From Candidatus Binatia bacterium (GTDB lineage Bacteria > Desulfobacterota > Binatia > DP-6), in the NCBI GenBank assembly GCA_046327955.1, contig JAXLXP010000005.1, forward strand, positions 228,136 to 292,135: a DNA stretch of 64,000 nt. Reading direction: 5' to 3'. Of this stretch, positions 28,198 through 37,633 are shown one piece after another (position 1 is the stretch's first letter; every line of letters starts with the position of its first letter). Below the pieces are notes generated by a model. The model was not told where the DNA came from, did not search any database, and was given only the letters and a program-made list of their open reading frames with translations. Made by a program: the position numbers and the translations under genes.

Positions 28198-28857
28198 TCA
28201 CGTCGACCGGCCTGCGCGTGCGCGCACGGCGGCGGAGGGCGTCACGCCCGCGCCGAGGTCGGGAGCCGGCACCGGCGCGCCCGGCGCGAGCGCGAGCGGG
28301 ATCACCCCCGCCCAGCACGCGAGCCCGAGATCCTCCTCGTCGTCGAGCGGCGGGCCCGTGCGCACCTTGGCCGATGCCTCGACGAGCGGCACGGCGAGGA
28401 CGCGCGTGGCACGCAGCTCCTTCGGGCTGGGCGGCCGGACCTCGGCGCTGCGCGCGGGGACCACGTGGTCGACGATCGCGGTGAGCGCGGCCAGACGCTC
28501 GTCGGGATCGACGACCTCGGTCGCCCGGCCGAGAAGCACCACCGAGCGGTAGTTCATCGAATGGTGGAACGCGGAGCGGGCGAGGACCAGGCCGTCGAGG
28601 AGCGTCACCGTCACGCAGACGGGAACGCCGCCGGCGAGCGTGCGGAGCATGCGGCTCGCGGCCGATCCGTGCACGTAGAGGCGGTCGCCGACGCGGGCGT
28701 AGGCGGTCGGCAGCACGAACGGCTGGTCGCCGTCGAGGAAGGCCACGTGGCAGACCAGACCCTCGTCGAGGATCGCCTCGACGGTGGCGCGGTCGTAGGT
28801 GGCGCGCGCCGGAAGGCGGCGAACGCGTGTACGCTCGGTGGGGACGAAGGTATCCAT
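28198..28857 (-). CDS. Pyridoxamine 5'-phosphate oxidase family protein (FMN-binding split barrel)
   Basis: PNPOx-like architecture (LVCHVAFLDGDQPFVLPTAYARVGDRLYVHGS...). ATG at 28857. The long ORF 28198..29994 has an Arg-rich spurious N-terminal extension. Confidence 0.75.
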   Translation of the reverse strand: MDTFVPTERTRVRRLPARATYDRATVEAILDEGLVCHVAFLDGDQPFVLPTAYARVGDRLYVHGSAASRMLRTLAGGVPVCVTVTLLDGLVLARSAFHHSMNYRSVVLLGRATEVVDPDERLAALTAIVDHVVPARSAEVRPPSPKELRATRVLAVPLVEASAKVRTGPPLDDEEDLGLACWAGVIPLALAPGAPVPAPDLGAGVTPSAAVRARAGRST

Positions 28858-28904
28858 GGGAGGCTCCTCTTGCGCAGCGGTTCGATATGTTCTAGTACAA
28901 ACAC
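28858..28904. promoter_or_regulatory. AT-rich divergent promoter/operator region with GTACAA direct repeats
   Basis: ttcgatatgttcTAGTACAAacacatgaagGTACAAGTACAAtatg lies between the PNPOx-family gene and the MocR regulator. It is the lowest-GC stretch nearby. GTACAA occurs three times. Confidence 0.35.
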
Positions 28905-30221
28905 ATGAAGGTACAAGTACAATATGGCCTCGCTGGCGACAGCGCAAGCACGATCGCGCGCAGCCTGGAGGATGCCGTGCGCGCGGGCCGGATCGCGCCG
29001 GGCGCGGCGATGCCGACCGTGCGGGCGCTGGCCGCAGCGCTCGGCGTAAGCCCGGCCACGGTCGCCGCCGCCTATCGCACGGCGCGGACGCGCGGTCTGC
29101 TCTCCGCCGCGGGGAGGCGGGGCACGCGCGTGAATCCGCGGCCGGCGCTCGCGGTGCCGCCGCCGGCGCCGGTGCCCGCGCACCTGCGCAACCTCGCCGA
29201 CGGGAATCCCGACCCGGCGCTGCTCCCGCCGCTCGCGATCGCGCGCCCGGTGCGGCCGCGGCTCTACGGCGAAGCCATGAACGATCCCGCGCTGCTCGCC
29301 CTGGCCGCACGCGGCTTCGCGGCGGACGGCATTGCGACCGGCGCGCTCGGCGTCGTGGGCGGCGCGCTCGACGGGATCGAGCGGGTGCTCGGCGCATGGC
29401 TGCGGCCCGGCGATCGGGTGGCCATCGAGGACCCGGGGTTCGTCGGCGTGCTCGATCTGGTCGGGGCGCTCGGGCTCGTCGCCGAGCCGGTGGCGGTCGA
29501 CGACGCCGGACCGCGGCCCGACGCGCTGGCGGCGGCGGTGCGCGCCGGGGCCCGCGCGCTGATCGTGACGCCGCGCGCCCAGAATCCCACGGGCGCCGCG
29601 CTCGACGTCGAGCGCGTGCGCGCGCTTGGGCGCGTCTTGGAGCGGGCGCCCGAGTTGCTCGTGATCGAGGACGATCACGTCGGCGCGGTGGCGGGCCAAC
29701 CGGCCCACACGCTCGGCGGCCGGCGGGAACGATGGGCGGTCGTGCGGTCCGTGTCCAAGTGGCTGGGACCGGATCTTCGCGTCGCCGTGCTGGCGGGCGA
29801 TGCGACGACCGTCGCGCGCGTGGAGGGCCGCCAGCGGCTCGGCGTGGGATGGGTGAGCCATCTGCTCCAGACCGCGGTGGCGCGGCTGTGGTCGGATCGG
29901 GGGACGCAGGCGCTCTTGCGCGCGGCGACGGCGGCCTATGCCCGCCGCCGGCGCACGCTGGTCGCCGCGCTCGCGCACCAGGGCGTCGCGGCACACGCCC
30001 GCTCGGGCCTCAACGTCTGGGTGCCGGTTGCGGACGAGGAGCGGGTCGTGGCGGGGCTCGCGGAGAGGGGCTGGGCGGTGCGCGGCGGGGCGCGGTTTCG
30101 CCTGCGGACGCCGCCGGCGATCCGCGTGACGGTTGCCACGCTGCGCTCCGACGAGGCTGCCCGCTTCGCGATGGACCTGGCGCGCACGCTCCAACCGGCG
30201 GGACACACGCGCGCCGGGTGA
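28905..30221 (+). CDS. MocR/GabR-family transcriptional regulator (GntR HTH + PLP aminotransferase-like domain)
   Basis: N-terminal GntR HTH (STIARSLEDAVRAGRIAPGAAMPTVRALAAALGVSPATVAAAY). C-terminal class-I aminotransferase fold with SVSKWLGPDLRVAVL (PLP-Lys). Confidence 0.85.
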   Translation: MKVQVQYGLAGDSASTIARSLEDAVRAGRIAPGAAMPTVRALAAALGVSPATVAAAYRTARTRGLLSAAGRRGTRVNPRPALAVPPPAPVPAHLRNLADGNPDPALLPPLAIARPVRPRLYGEAMNDPALLALAARGFAADGIATGALGVVGGALDGIERVLGAWLRPGDRVAIEDPGFVGVLDLVGALGLVAEPVAVDDAGPRPDALAAAVRAGARALIVTPRAQNPTGAALDVERVRALGRVLERAPELLVIEDDHVGAVAGQPAHTLGGRRERWAVVRSVSKWLGPDLRVAVLAGDATTVARVEGRQRLGVGWVSHLLQTAVARLWSDRGTQALLRAATAAYARRRRTLVAALAHQGVAAHARSGLNVWVPVADEERVVAGLAERGWAVRGGARFRLRTPPAIRVTVATLRSDEAARFAMDLARTLQPAGHTRAG

Positions 30222-30271
30222 CCTCGATTCGGGTGCGGCCCCGCACGAAGTGGGTTATAGCGGGTCTGACG

Positions 30272-31372
30272 ATGATTCCTGCCGAGCAGACGATCGCCTT
30301 CACGCGCGGCATTCCTGCCGACGACAGCTTCGCCACCGACGAGATCGCGGACTGTGCCGCGGCCGCCATTCGCAGCCCGCTGGCCGTCCAGGTGCTGCAG
30401 TACGGCAGCAGCCTCGGCTTCGCGCCGCTGCGCGAGTGGCTCGCCGCGCGCCACGACGTGACGCCCGACCAGATCCTGCTCGGCAACGGTTCGCTGCAGC
30501 TCGTCGACCTGATGGGCTGGGGGCTGCTCGAGCCGGGCGACGCGGTCTTCGTCGAGTCTCCCACCTACGACCGCGTGATCACCTTGCTGCGCCGCCACCG
30601 GGTGGAGGTCGTGGGCATCCCGCTCACGACCAGCGGCCCCGACCTGGCCGCGCTCGATGCGGCGCTCGGCCGCACAACGCCCAAGTTCTTCTACACGATT
30701 CCCGACTTCCAGAACCCGTCGGGCGTGACCGCCACGCGGGCGACGCGCGAGAGGGTCGTCGAGCTCTGTACCCGCCACGGCGTGCGGATCGTCGAGGACG
30801 GCGCGTATCGCCACCTGCGCTACCGTGGCGCGCAGCTCCCGGCCTACGGGGAGATTGCCCGGGACCGCACGCTCCAGCTCTCTTCGTTCACCAAGCAGGT
30901 CGCGCCGGGCCTGCGCGTCGGCTACCTCATCGCCGACGCCGCCACCGTGGCGCGTGTCGCCAAGGTGGCCGAGGACACCTACATCACGCCCAACCTGCTC
31001 GGCGAGGCGACGGTGTGGGAGCTCTGCCGCCGCGGCCGCCTCGAGCCGCAGCACGCGCGCCTGCGGGCGCTCTACGCTCCCAAGCTCGATGCGGCGCTCG
31101 CCGCGTTGCGGACGCACCTGCCCGAGGCCCACGCGGTCGAGCCCGAAGGCGGTTTTTTCGTCTCGGTCACGCTCCCCGATGGTGTCACCAACGCGGCGTT
31201 GCGCCAGCGGGCGGCCGAGCTCGGCCTCGGGCTGACCGATGGCCGGGGCTTCTTTCCGAACCCCGCCGACGGCGAGCGTTTCCTGCGCCTCCCCTTCTGC
31301 GCGCTCACGCCCGAGGAGATCGAGGAAGGCTTCCGCCGCCTCGCCCGCGCCGTCGCCGCGACGAGGCGCTGA
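30272..31372 (+). CDS. PLP-dependent aminotransferase (class I/II, 2-aminoadipate/Lys-N-like)
   Basis: Aminotransferase fold with SSFTKQVAPGLRVGY (PLP-binding Lys). Confidence 0.8.
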   Translation: MIPAEQTIAFTRGIPADDSFATDEIADCAAAAIRSPLAVQVLQYGSSLGFAPLREWLAARHDVTPDQILLGNGSLQLVDLMGWGLLEPGDAVFVESPTYDRVITLLRRHRVEVVGIPLTTSGPDLAALDAALGRTTPKFFYTIPDFQNPSGVTATRATRERVVELCTRHGVRIVEDGAYRHLRYRGAQLPAYGEIARDRTLQLSSFTKQVAPGLRVGYLIADAATVARVAKVAEDTYITPNLLGEATVWELCRRGRLEPQHARLRALYAPKLDAALAALRTHLPEAHAVEPEGGFFVSVTLPDGVTNAALRQRAAELGLGLTDGRGFFPNPADGERFLRLPFCALTPEEIEEGFRRLARAVAATRR

Positions 31373-31424
31373 CTCCCCTCAAGCGCGGCGGCTCCCCGGC
31401 CGATAGTCGAGCGAGGGGGTTCGC

Positions 31425-32576
31425 ATGTCGCAATTCCTCGAGGTCATCGAGTGGGTGGACGGTGGGGGCGAGGAGATCGTCCACCGCGTCCCGTCCGAGG
31501 GGTCGGGAGAGACCAAGCTCGGCGCGCAGCTCGTCGTGCGCGACAACCAGGCGGCGGTGTTCTTCCGCGGTGGGCGCGGGCTCGATGTCTTCGGTCCCGG
31601 GCGGCACACCCTCGCCACGGCGAACCTGCCCGTGCTCACCAAGGTGCTCTCCCTGCCGTGGGGGTTCACGAGCCCCTTCCGCTGCGAGGTCTACTTCGTC
31701 TCGACGCGGGTTTTCACCCAGCTCCGGTGGGGAACGAAGGACCCCGTCGCCTTCCGCGACCGCGAGCTCGGCCTCGTCCGGCTGCGGGCGTTCGGCGCGT
31801 TCACGATGCGGGTCACGCAGCCGCTCTTGTTCGTGAACCAGATCGTCGGCAGCACGCAGGCGACTTTCGCAACCGCCGACATCGAGGACTACCTGCGCGA
31901 GGTGATCGTCTCGCGCCTCAACGACTTCCTGGGCGAGTCCGTCGACACGCTGCTCGACCTCCCGAAGCACTACGACGAGCTGGCAGTTCGGGTGAAGGCC
32001 CGCCTGGTCGAGGATTTCCAGAAGTACGGCGTCGAGCTGGTGGACCTCTACGTCAACCGGATCACGCCCCCCGAAGACGTGCAGCGGGTCCTCGACGAGC
32101 GGACCGGCATGGCGGCGGTCGGCGACCTGGAAGCGTACCTCAAGTACAAGGCGGCGACGGCCCTCGGCGACGCGGCCCGCAACGGCGGCAACGGGGGCGC
32201 CGCGGGTCTCGGGGTGGGCGTGGGTGCGGGGCTCGGCGTGATGCTGCCCGGGATGCTCTTCGGCGGGCGGACGGAGCACCTCTCGCTCGACCAGGTCGTG
32301 CAGCGCGGCGTCGTCGCCTGCCCGGCGTGTCATGGCGACGTCACCGTCACGAGCCGCTTCTGCGCCCACTGCGGCCAGCAGATGGTGGTGATCCGGAAGT
32401 GCTCGCGCTGCGATCGCAACGTCTCGGCCGACGCGCGCTTCTGTGCGTCCTGCGGCCTCGACCTCGGCGCCGCGCAGCACGCCTGTGGCAAGTGCGGGGC
32501 GACGCTCCCGCCGGGTACCCGCTTCTGCACGAGCTGCGGCGAGAAGGTCGCGGGCCCGGGCGGCGGGCCCGTCTGA
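31425..32576 (+). CDS. SPFH/band-7-like domain protein with C-terminal double zinc ribbon
   Basis: GAGGGGG SD before the ATG. N-terminal SPFH-like (virion-core-like) domain. C-terminal CPACHGD...CAHCGQQ...CSRCDRNVSADARFCASCG...CGKCG...CTSCG zinc ribbons. Confidence 0.75.
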   Translation: MSQFLEVIEWVDGGGEEIVHRVPSEGSGETKLGAQLVVRDNQAAVFFRGGRGLDVFGPGRHTLATANLPVLTKVLSLPWGFTSPFRCEVYFVSTRVFTQLRWGTKDPVAFRDRELGLVRLRAFGAFTMRVTQPLLFVNQIVGSTQATFATADIEDYLREVIVSRLNDFLGESVDTLLDLPKHYDELAVRVKARLVEDFQKYGVELVDLYVNRITPPEDVQRVLDERTGMAAVGDLEAYLKYKAATALGDAARNGGNGGAAGLGVGVGAGLGVMLPGMLFGGRTEHLSLDQVVQRGVVACPACHGDVTVTSRFCAHCGQQMVVIRKCSRCDRNVSADARFCASCGLDLGAAQHACGKCGATLPPGTRFCTSCGEKVAGPGGGPV

Positions 32577-32589
32577 GCGCAGGGTGCCG

Positions 32590-33918
32590 ATGTCTCCGTC
32601 CCCACTGGTCGTGGCGACGGCCTGCCCGACCTGCTCGGCGCCGCTCGACTTCCACGAGGGCGCGAGCAGCGTGCGCTGTGCGCACTGTGGCTCGCGGTTG
32701 CTGCTCACCGGTCGTGGGCAGGTGCTCGCGTACCACGTCTCGCCGCACGTCGATTCCGCACGTGCGCTCGCCGCGGCGCGGGCGCTCGCGGCCCGCCCCC
32801 GCGACCCGCTGCTCTGCTTTCTGCCGTACTACCGTCTCACCGCGCAGGAGTTCTGCTGGGAGCGACCAGAGCCGCCACCGGGGAAGCGGACGCCGCGCAC
32901 CGAGGAGCCGGAAGACCCGCACGTGCTGCCGGAACTCGAGGAGCGCTGGATCGAGCGCAACTTCCTCGCCTGCGCGTGGGACGGGCTGGGGCTCTACTCG
33001 CTCGGGGTGCGTCCGGGCGTGCTCCGGCTCGAGCTCTTCCGGCGCGAGGCCCTTGCTCCCACGGGGCACATCGTCGCCGCCGACATGGCGCCGGCCGCCG
33101 CGTTGGCCCACGCGCTGCGTCCCGCAGATCCGCGCCGCCTCGTCCACCGGGCCGTGGTGGCGCGTGTCCTCTCCCTCGTACACTTCCCGTTCTGGGCGGT
33201 GACGCTCGCGGATGGTGCTTCGCCGCGGATCGGGCTCGTCGACGGCGTCTCCGGCAACGTGGCCGTGGCCGAAGTGCCGCCGGACCTGCGTGCGCGGCTG
33301 GCGGGCAACGACGGCGCCGACCTCGTGACGGTCGGCTTCCGACCGCTCGTCTGTCCGAACTGCGGCTGGGACCTGGCCGACGAGCCGACGCACGTCGTCT
33401 TCCTCTGCGGCAGCTGCCGGCGGGCGTGGCAGGTCGATGGCGATCGGTTGATGCCGATCGCCTGCACGATCGCGCAGGCGCCGCCGGCCGCGCGTGGCCC
33501 GGTCCGTCACCTGCCGATGTGGATGGTCGGCGTGCGCGGTGCGTCCAGGCTGCCGGAGCGGATCGTCGTGCCGGCCTTTCGCTACCGGGGGCTCGCGCTC
33601 CTCCTCGGCCTGGCCACCCGACTCTCGCGCTCCGGCGCGACGCTGCCGGCCGCGGGGGAGGAGCGGGTGGAGGCGGAGGGCGCGCACCTCGATCGCGAGG
33701 ACGCGGCCGCGCTCGCCCGGTTCATCGCGACCGGGATCGACCGGCATGCCGCGGCGGAGATGGAGATCGTCGGTGCGGAGCTGGTGTGGTGGCCGTTCGG
33801 GGTGATGGCCGGCTCGCTGCGGGAGCCCGTGACGGGATTTGCGCTACCCGAACGCCTCTTGCTTCGCCAGGCCGGTACGTCATTCTGCCGCGTTGACGAT
33901 CGTGCGGACGCGGTATAG
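32590..33918 (+). CDS. Hypothetical protein with two zinc-ribbon motifs (operonic partner of the SPFH protein)
   Basis: Starts 14 nt after the previous stop. CPTCSAPLDF...CAHCGS and CPNCGWDL...CGSCRRAW motifs. Confidence 0.6.
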   Translation: MSPSPLVVATACPTCSAPLDFHEGASSVRCAHCGSRLLLTGRGQVLAYHVSPHVDSARALAAARALAARPRDPLLCFLPYYRLTAQEFCWERPEPPPGKRTPRTEEPEDPHVLPELEERWIERNFLACAWDGLGLYSLGVRPGVLRLELFRREALAPTGHIVAADMAPAAALAHALRPADPRRLVHRAVVARVLSLVHFPFWAVTLADGASPRIGLVDGVSGNVAVAEVPPDLRARLAGNDGADLVTVGFRPLVCPNCGWDLADEPTHVVFLCGSCRRAWQVDGDRLMPIACTIAQAPPAARGPVRHLPMWMVGVRGASRLPERIVVPAFRYRGLALLLGLATRLSRSGATLPAAGEERVEAEGAHLDREDAAALARFIATGIDRHAAAEMEIVGAELVWWPFGVMAGSLREPVTGFALPERLLLRQAGTSFCRVDDRADAV

Positions 33919-34008
33919 GCGACCTCTGCCAGAGAGGTCCGTCCGGCAGGAACAGGGATGGTTCTCGACACCACGTCCCGCCCCGACAGGGCGGGCGAGG
34001 AGGATCGG

Positions 34009-35883
34009 ATGTCAGAGAGGGCAGTTGGATCGAAGCGCGTCGAGTCGCGCGAAGGGGTGGTCATCCGCTTCGCGGGCGACTCGGGCGACGGCATGCAGGT
34101 CACCGGCATGCAGTTCACCGCCGAGACCGCGCTGGCCGGCAACGACCTCGCCACGCTGCCCGACTTCCCGGCCGAGATCCGCGCTCCCGCCGGCACGCTC
34201 GCCGGGGTGAGCGCGTTCCAGCTCAACTTCTCGTCGCACGAGGTCTTCACGCCCGGGGACGATCTCGACGTGCTGGTGGCGATGAACCCCGCGGCGCTCA
34301 AGATGAATCTCGGCGACCTGAAGACGGGCGGCATCCTCATCGTCGACCGCGAGGGCTTCAACGACTCGAACCTGCAGAAGGCCGAGTTCGCCTCCAGCCC
34401 CCTCGAGGACGGCTCGCTCGCCAAGTATCAGCTCTTCCAGGTCGACGTGACCAAACTCACGACCGCGGCGCTGCGCGACCTGGGTCTCTCGTCGCGCGCC
34501 GTGTTCCGCTGCCGGAACTTCTTCTGCCTCGGGATGGTCTCGTGGCTGTATCACCGGCCGATCGAACCCTCGGAGCAGTGGATCAAGGACCGCTTCAAGA
34601 AGACGCCCGAGCTGGTCGAGGCCAACCTGCGCTCGTTGCGTGCCGGCTGGGCCTTCGCGGAGACGGCGGAGCTGTTCGCGGTCTCGTACGAGATCAAGCC
34701 GGCGGCCATCACGCCCGGCGTCTATCGCAACATCACCGGCAACACCGCCACGGCCCTCGGCTTGGTGGCGGCGGCACAGAAGGCGGGTCGGCCGCTCTTC
34801 CTCGGCACCTACCCGATCACCCCCGCGAGCGACGTGCTCCACGAGCTCTCGGGGCTCAAGCACTTCGGGGTCTACACCTTTCAGGCCGAGGACGAGATCG
34901 CCGGCATCGGCTCGGCGCTCGGGGCCGCGTTCGGCGGCGCGATCGCGGTCACGACCACCAGCGGCCCCGGCATGAACCTCAAGGCGGAGACGATGGGGCT
35001 CGCGCTCGCGGTGGAGCTGCCGCTCGTCATCGTCGACGTCCAGCGTGCGGGGCCGTCGACCGGCATGCCGACCAAGCCCGAGCAGACCGACCTCCTCATG
35101 GCGGTCTACGGCCGTCACGGCGAGGCGCCGGTGCCGGTACTCGCCGCCGCGACCCCGTCGGACTGCTTCATGATGGCGTTCGAGGCGGTCCGGATCGCGG
35201 TCAAGTACATGACGCCCGTGATCCTCCTGACGGACGGGTTCCTCGCCAACGGCGCCGAGCCTTGGCTGATCCCCGATCCGGCGACGCTGCCCGAGATCCC
35301 GGTCCACTTCCGCACCGATCCGCAGGGCTTCTTCCCGTACCTGCGCGACGAGGAGACCCTGGCACGCCCGTGGGCGATCCCGGGCACGCCTGGGCTGGAG
35401 CACCGCGTCGGCGGCCTCGAGAAGGACGCGCTCACCGGCAACGTGAGCTACGCGCCGCTCAACCACGAGCAGATGACCCGCACGCGCGCCCGGAAGGTCG
35501 CCGGTATCGCACGCGACATCCCGCCGACGGAGGTCTTCGGCCCCACGCAGGGCGATCTCCTCGTCCTCGGCTGGGGGGGCACGTACGGCCCGCTGCGGGA
35601 AGCGGCTCGCCAGCTCCAGGCCGAGGGCCGCAAGGTCGCGCACGTGCACCTCCGCCACCTGAATCCGTTGCCGGCGGACCTGGGCGCGATCCTCGGCCGC
35701 TACCGTCACGTGCTCGTTCCCGAGATGAACCTGGGGCAGCTCGTCCGCCTCGTGCGGGCCGAGTACCTCGTCGACGCAGTGGGCTTCGGCAAGGTCCACG
35801 GCCGGCCGTTCAAGATTTCGGAGATCGTCGCCCGCGCCCAGAAGCTGCTCGAGGAGCGGGGCGCGCAGAAGAGGTCCGCATGA
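34009..35883 (+). CDS. korA: 2-oxoacid:ferredoxin oxidoreductase, alpha subunit (fused gamma-alpha type)
   Basis: GAGGAGGA SD before the ATG at 34009. POR N-terminal/gamma-like and alpha domains (YPITPASDVLHEL, TTSGPGMNLKAE). Confidence 0.85.
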   Translation: MSERAVGSKRVESREGVVIRFAGDSGDGMQVTGMQFTAETALAGNDLATLPDFPAEIRAPAGTLAGVSAFQLNFSSHEVFTPGDDLDVLVAMNPAALKMNLGDLKTGGILIVDREGFNDSNLQKAEFASSPLEDGSLAKYQLFQVDVTKLTTAALRDLGLSSRAVFRCRNFFCLGMVSWLYHRPIEPSEQWIKDRFKKTPELVEANLRSLRAGWAFAETAELFAVSYEIKPAAITPGVYRNITGNTATALGLVAAAQKAGRPLFLGTYPITPASDVLHELSGLKHFGVYTFQAEDEIAGIGSALGAAFGGAIAVTTTSGPGMNLKAETMGLALAVELPLVIVDVQRAGPSTGMPTKPEQTDLLMAVYGRHGEAPVPVLAAATPSDCFMMAFEAVRIAVKYMTPVILLTDGFLANGAEPWLIPDPATLPEIPVHFRTDPQGFFPYLRDEETLARPWAIPGTPGLEHRVGGLEKDALTGNVSYAPLNHEQMTRTRARKVAGIARDIPPTEVFGPTQGDLLVLGWGGTYGPLREAARQLQAEGRKVAHVHLRHLNPLPADLGAILGRYRHVLVPEMNLGQLVRLVRAEYLVDAVGFGKVHGRPFKISEIVARAQKLLEERGAQKRSA

Positions 35884-36875
35884 GCACGCTCACGAGGAAA
35901 GACTTCGTCACCGACCAGGACGTCCGGTGGTGCCCGGGGTGCGGGGACTACTCGATCCTGGCGCAGGTCCAGAAGGTCCTGCCCGAGCTCGGCGTGCCGC
36001 GCGAGAACTTCGTCTTCGTCTCGGGCATCGGCTGCTCGAGCCGGTTCCCGTACTACATGAACACGTTCGGGTTTCACTCGATCCACGGCCGCGCGGCGGC
36101 GATCGCGAGCGGGCTCAAGATCTCCCGCCCCGAGCTGTCGGTCTGGGTGGCAACCGGCGACGGCGATGCCCTCTCGATCGGCGGCAACCACCTGATCCAC
36201 ATCCTGCGCCGCAACATCGACGTGAACATCCTCCTGTTCAACAACCGCATCTACGGGCTCACGAAGGGGCAGTATTCGCCGACGTCGGAGTTCGGGAAGG
36301 TCACGAAGTCGTCGCCGATCGGCTCCGTGGACCACCCGTTCGACCCGATCGCGCTCGCGCTCGGGGCCGACGCGAGCTTCGTCGCCCGCAGCGTCGACGT
36401 CGAGGCCAAGCACCTGCAGGACATCCTCCGTCGCGCGCACGCGCACCGCGGCGCGGCGTTCATCGAGATTCTCCAGAACTGCAACGTGTTCAACGACGGT
36501 GCCTTCAACGACATCACCGACAAGGCCCTCAAGGGGGACCATGTGCTGGTGCTCGAGCACGGCAAGCCGCTCGTCTTCGGCAAGGACCGCGACCGGGGCA
36601 TCCGTCTGCGCGGCTGGCAGTGCGAGGTCGTCCAGCTCGGCAACGGCGTCACGGAGAAGGATCTGCTCGTCCACGACGAGACAAATCCGTCGCTCGGCTA
36701 CCTGCTCTCGCGCCTCGGCCCGCCGGCGTTCCCCACGCCGATCGGCGTCTTCACCGTCGTCGAGCGCCCGAGCTACGACCGGGCGATGGCCGCCCAGCTC
36801 GAGGCGGCGCGCCAGAAGAGCGCGCCCGATCTGGCCGCCCTGCTCAAGCGCGGCGACACCTGGACGGTCGCCTGA
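35880..36875 (+). CDS. korB: 2-oxoacid:ferredoxin oxidoreductase, beta subunit (TPP-binding)
   Basis: WCPGCGDYSIL, GIGCSSRFPYY and ATGDGDALSIGGNHL TPP motifs. ATGA overlap with korA. Confidence 0.9.
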   Translation: MSTLTRKDFVTDQDVRWCPGCGDYSILAQVQKVLPELGVPRENFVFVSGIGCSSRFPYYMNTFGFHSIHGRAAAIASGLKISRPELSVWVATGDGDALSIGGNHLIHILRRNIDVNILLFNNRIYGLTKGQYSPTSEFGKVTKSSPIGSVDHPFDPIALALGADASFVARSVDVEAKHLQDILRRAHAHRGAAFIEILQNCNVFNDGAFNDITDKALKGDHVLVLEHGKPLVFGKDRDRGIRLRGWQCEVVQLGNGVTEKDLLVHDETNPSLGYLLSRLGPPAFPTPIGVFTVVERPSYDRAMAAQLEAARQKSAPDLAALLKRGDTWTVA

Positions 36876-36975
36876 TTCGTTGACGCCTTACCGCGCGGTC
36901 TGCGGGGCCAGGCGCGACCTCTCCGCTTCGGGTCCTCGGCGGGCCGGCACCGCCCTCGATCGCGCGGGCGTTCCG

Positions 36976-36996
36976 CCTCGGACAGGCGCTCCGAGG
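36976..36996. terminator. GC-rich hairpin (CCTCGGA-n7-TCCGAGG) between convergent korB and CBS genes
   Basis: 7-bp inverted repeat in the 157-nt convergent intergenic region. No U-tract, as is usual for this GC content. Confidence 0.3.
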
Positions 36997-37032
36997 TCCC
37001 GCCTGACCCCGCAGCCCGCGCGTCGAGACGCC

Positions 37033-37563
37033 TCAGCCGCCGTCGCGCCCGTGCCACACGCCCGCGCGTGCCGGGTCGGGCGGCACCGTCAACACCTCGT
37101 CGGGGAACAACTCGACCAGGTAGTCGACGATGTCCTTCACCGAGACGATGCCGACCGCGCGGCCGCGCGCATCCACGAGCGGGATGTGGCGGAAGCCGCC
37201 GACGCTCATCTTGTTGAGCGCATACACGATCGGGTCGCCGGGCCGGAGGACTTCGGGGTCGGGTGTCATGAGCTCCGCCACGTGCTGGTCGAAGTCGGGC
37301 CGGTCGAGCTTGAGGAGCAGGTCGCGCTCCGTGAGGATCCCGACCAACCGGTCGCGCTCGACCACGAGCACGCAGCCGACGCGGGCGCTGCGCATGAGGT
37401 GGATCGCTTCGAGCAGCGTCGCGCTCGGGGGTAGCGACAGCGGAGTGCGCGGCTGGAGCCGCCAGATGGGTTGGCGGAGCATGCGCCGGTCCAGCACCCG
37501 CTCGGCGGCGTCGGCCTCGACGCCGGCCTGACAGGCGAGATCTTCCTCGATCCACTCGTCCAT
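37033..37563 (-). CDS. CBS-domain pair protein
   Basis: Two CBS motifs (VGCVLVVERDRLVGILTERDLL; HIPLVDARGRAVGIVSVKDIV). GAGGGAGGAA SD before the ATG at 37563. Confidence 0.8.
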   Translation of the reverse strand: MDEWIEEDLACQAGVEADAAERVLDRRMLRQPIWRLQPRTPLSLPPSATLLEAIHLMRSARVGCVLVVERDRLVGILTERDLLLKLDRPDFDQHVAELMTPDPEVLRPGDPIVYALNKMSVGGFRHIPLVDARGRAVGIVSVKDIVDYLVELFPDEVLTVPPDPARAGVWHGRDGG

Positions 37564-37633
37564 GAGCGTTCCTCCCTCGGGACCGGGCCCGCGATGCGGG
37601 AGAACCGAGTGTCGGCCACATCGCGCGCCCCTG

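Noticed and set aside
28858-29994. Long Arg-rich N-terminal extension of ORF 28198..29994 (598 aa), and ORF 28611..30206
   Set aside because: Only the C-terminal 219 aa (from ATG 28857) form the PNPOx-fold protein. The remainder is antisense to the MocR regulator gene and compositionally spurious.
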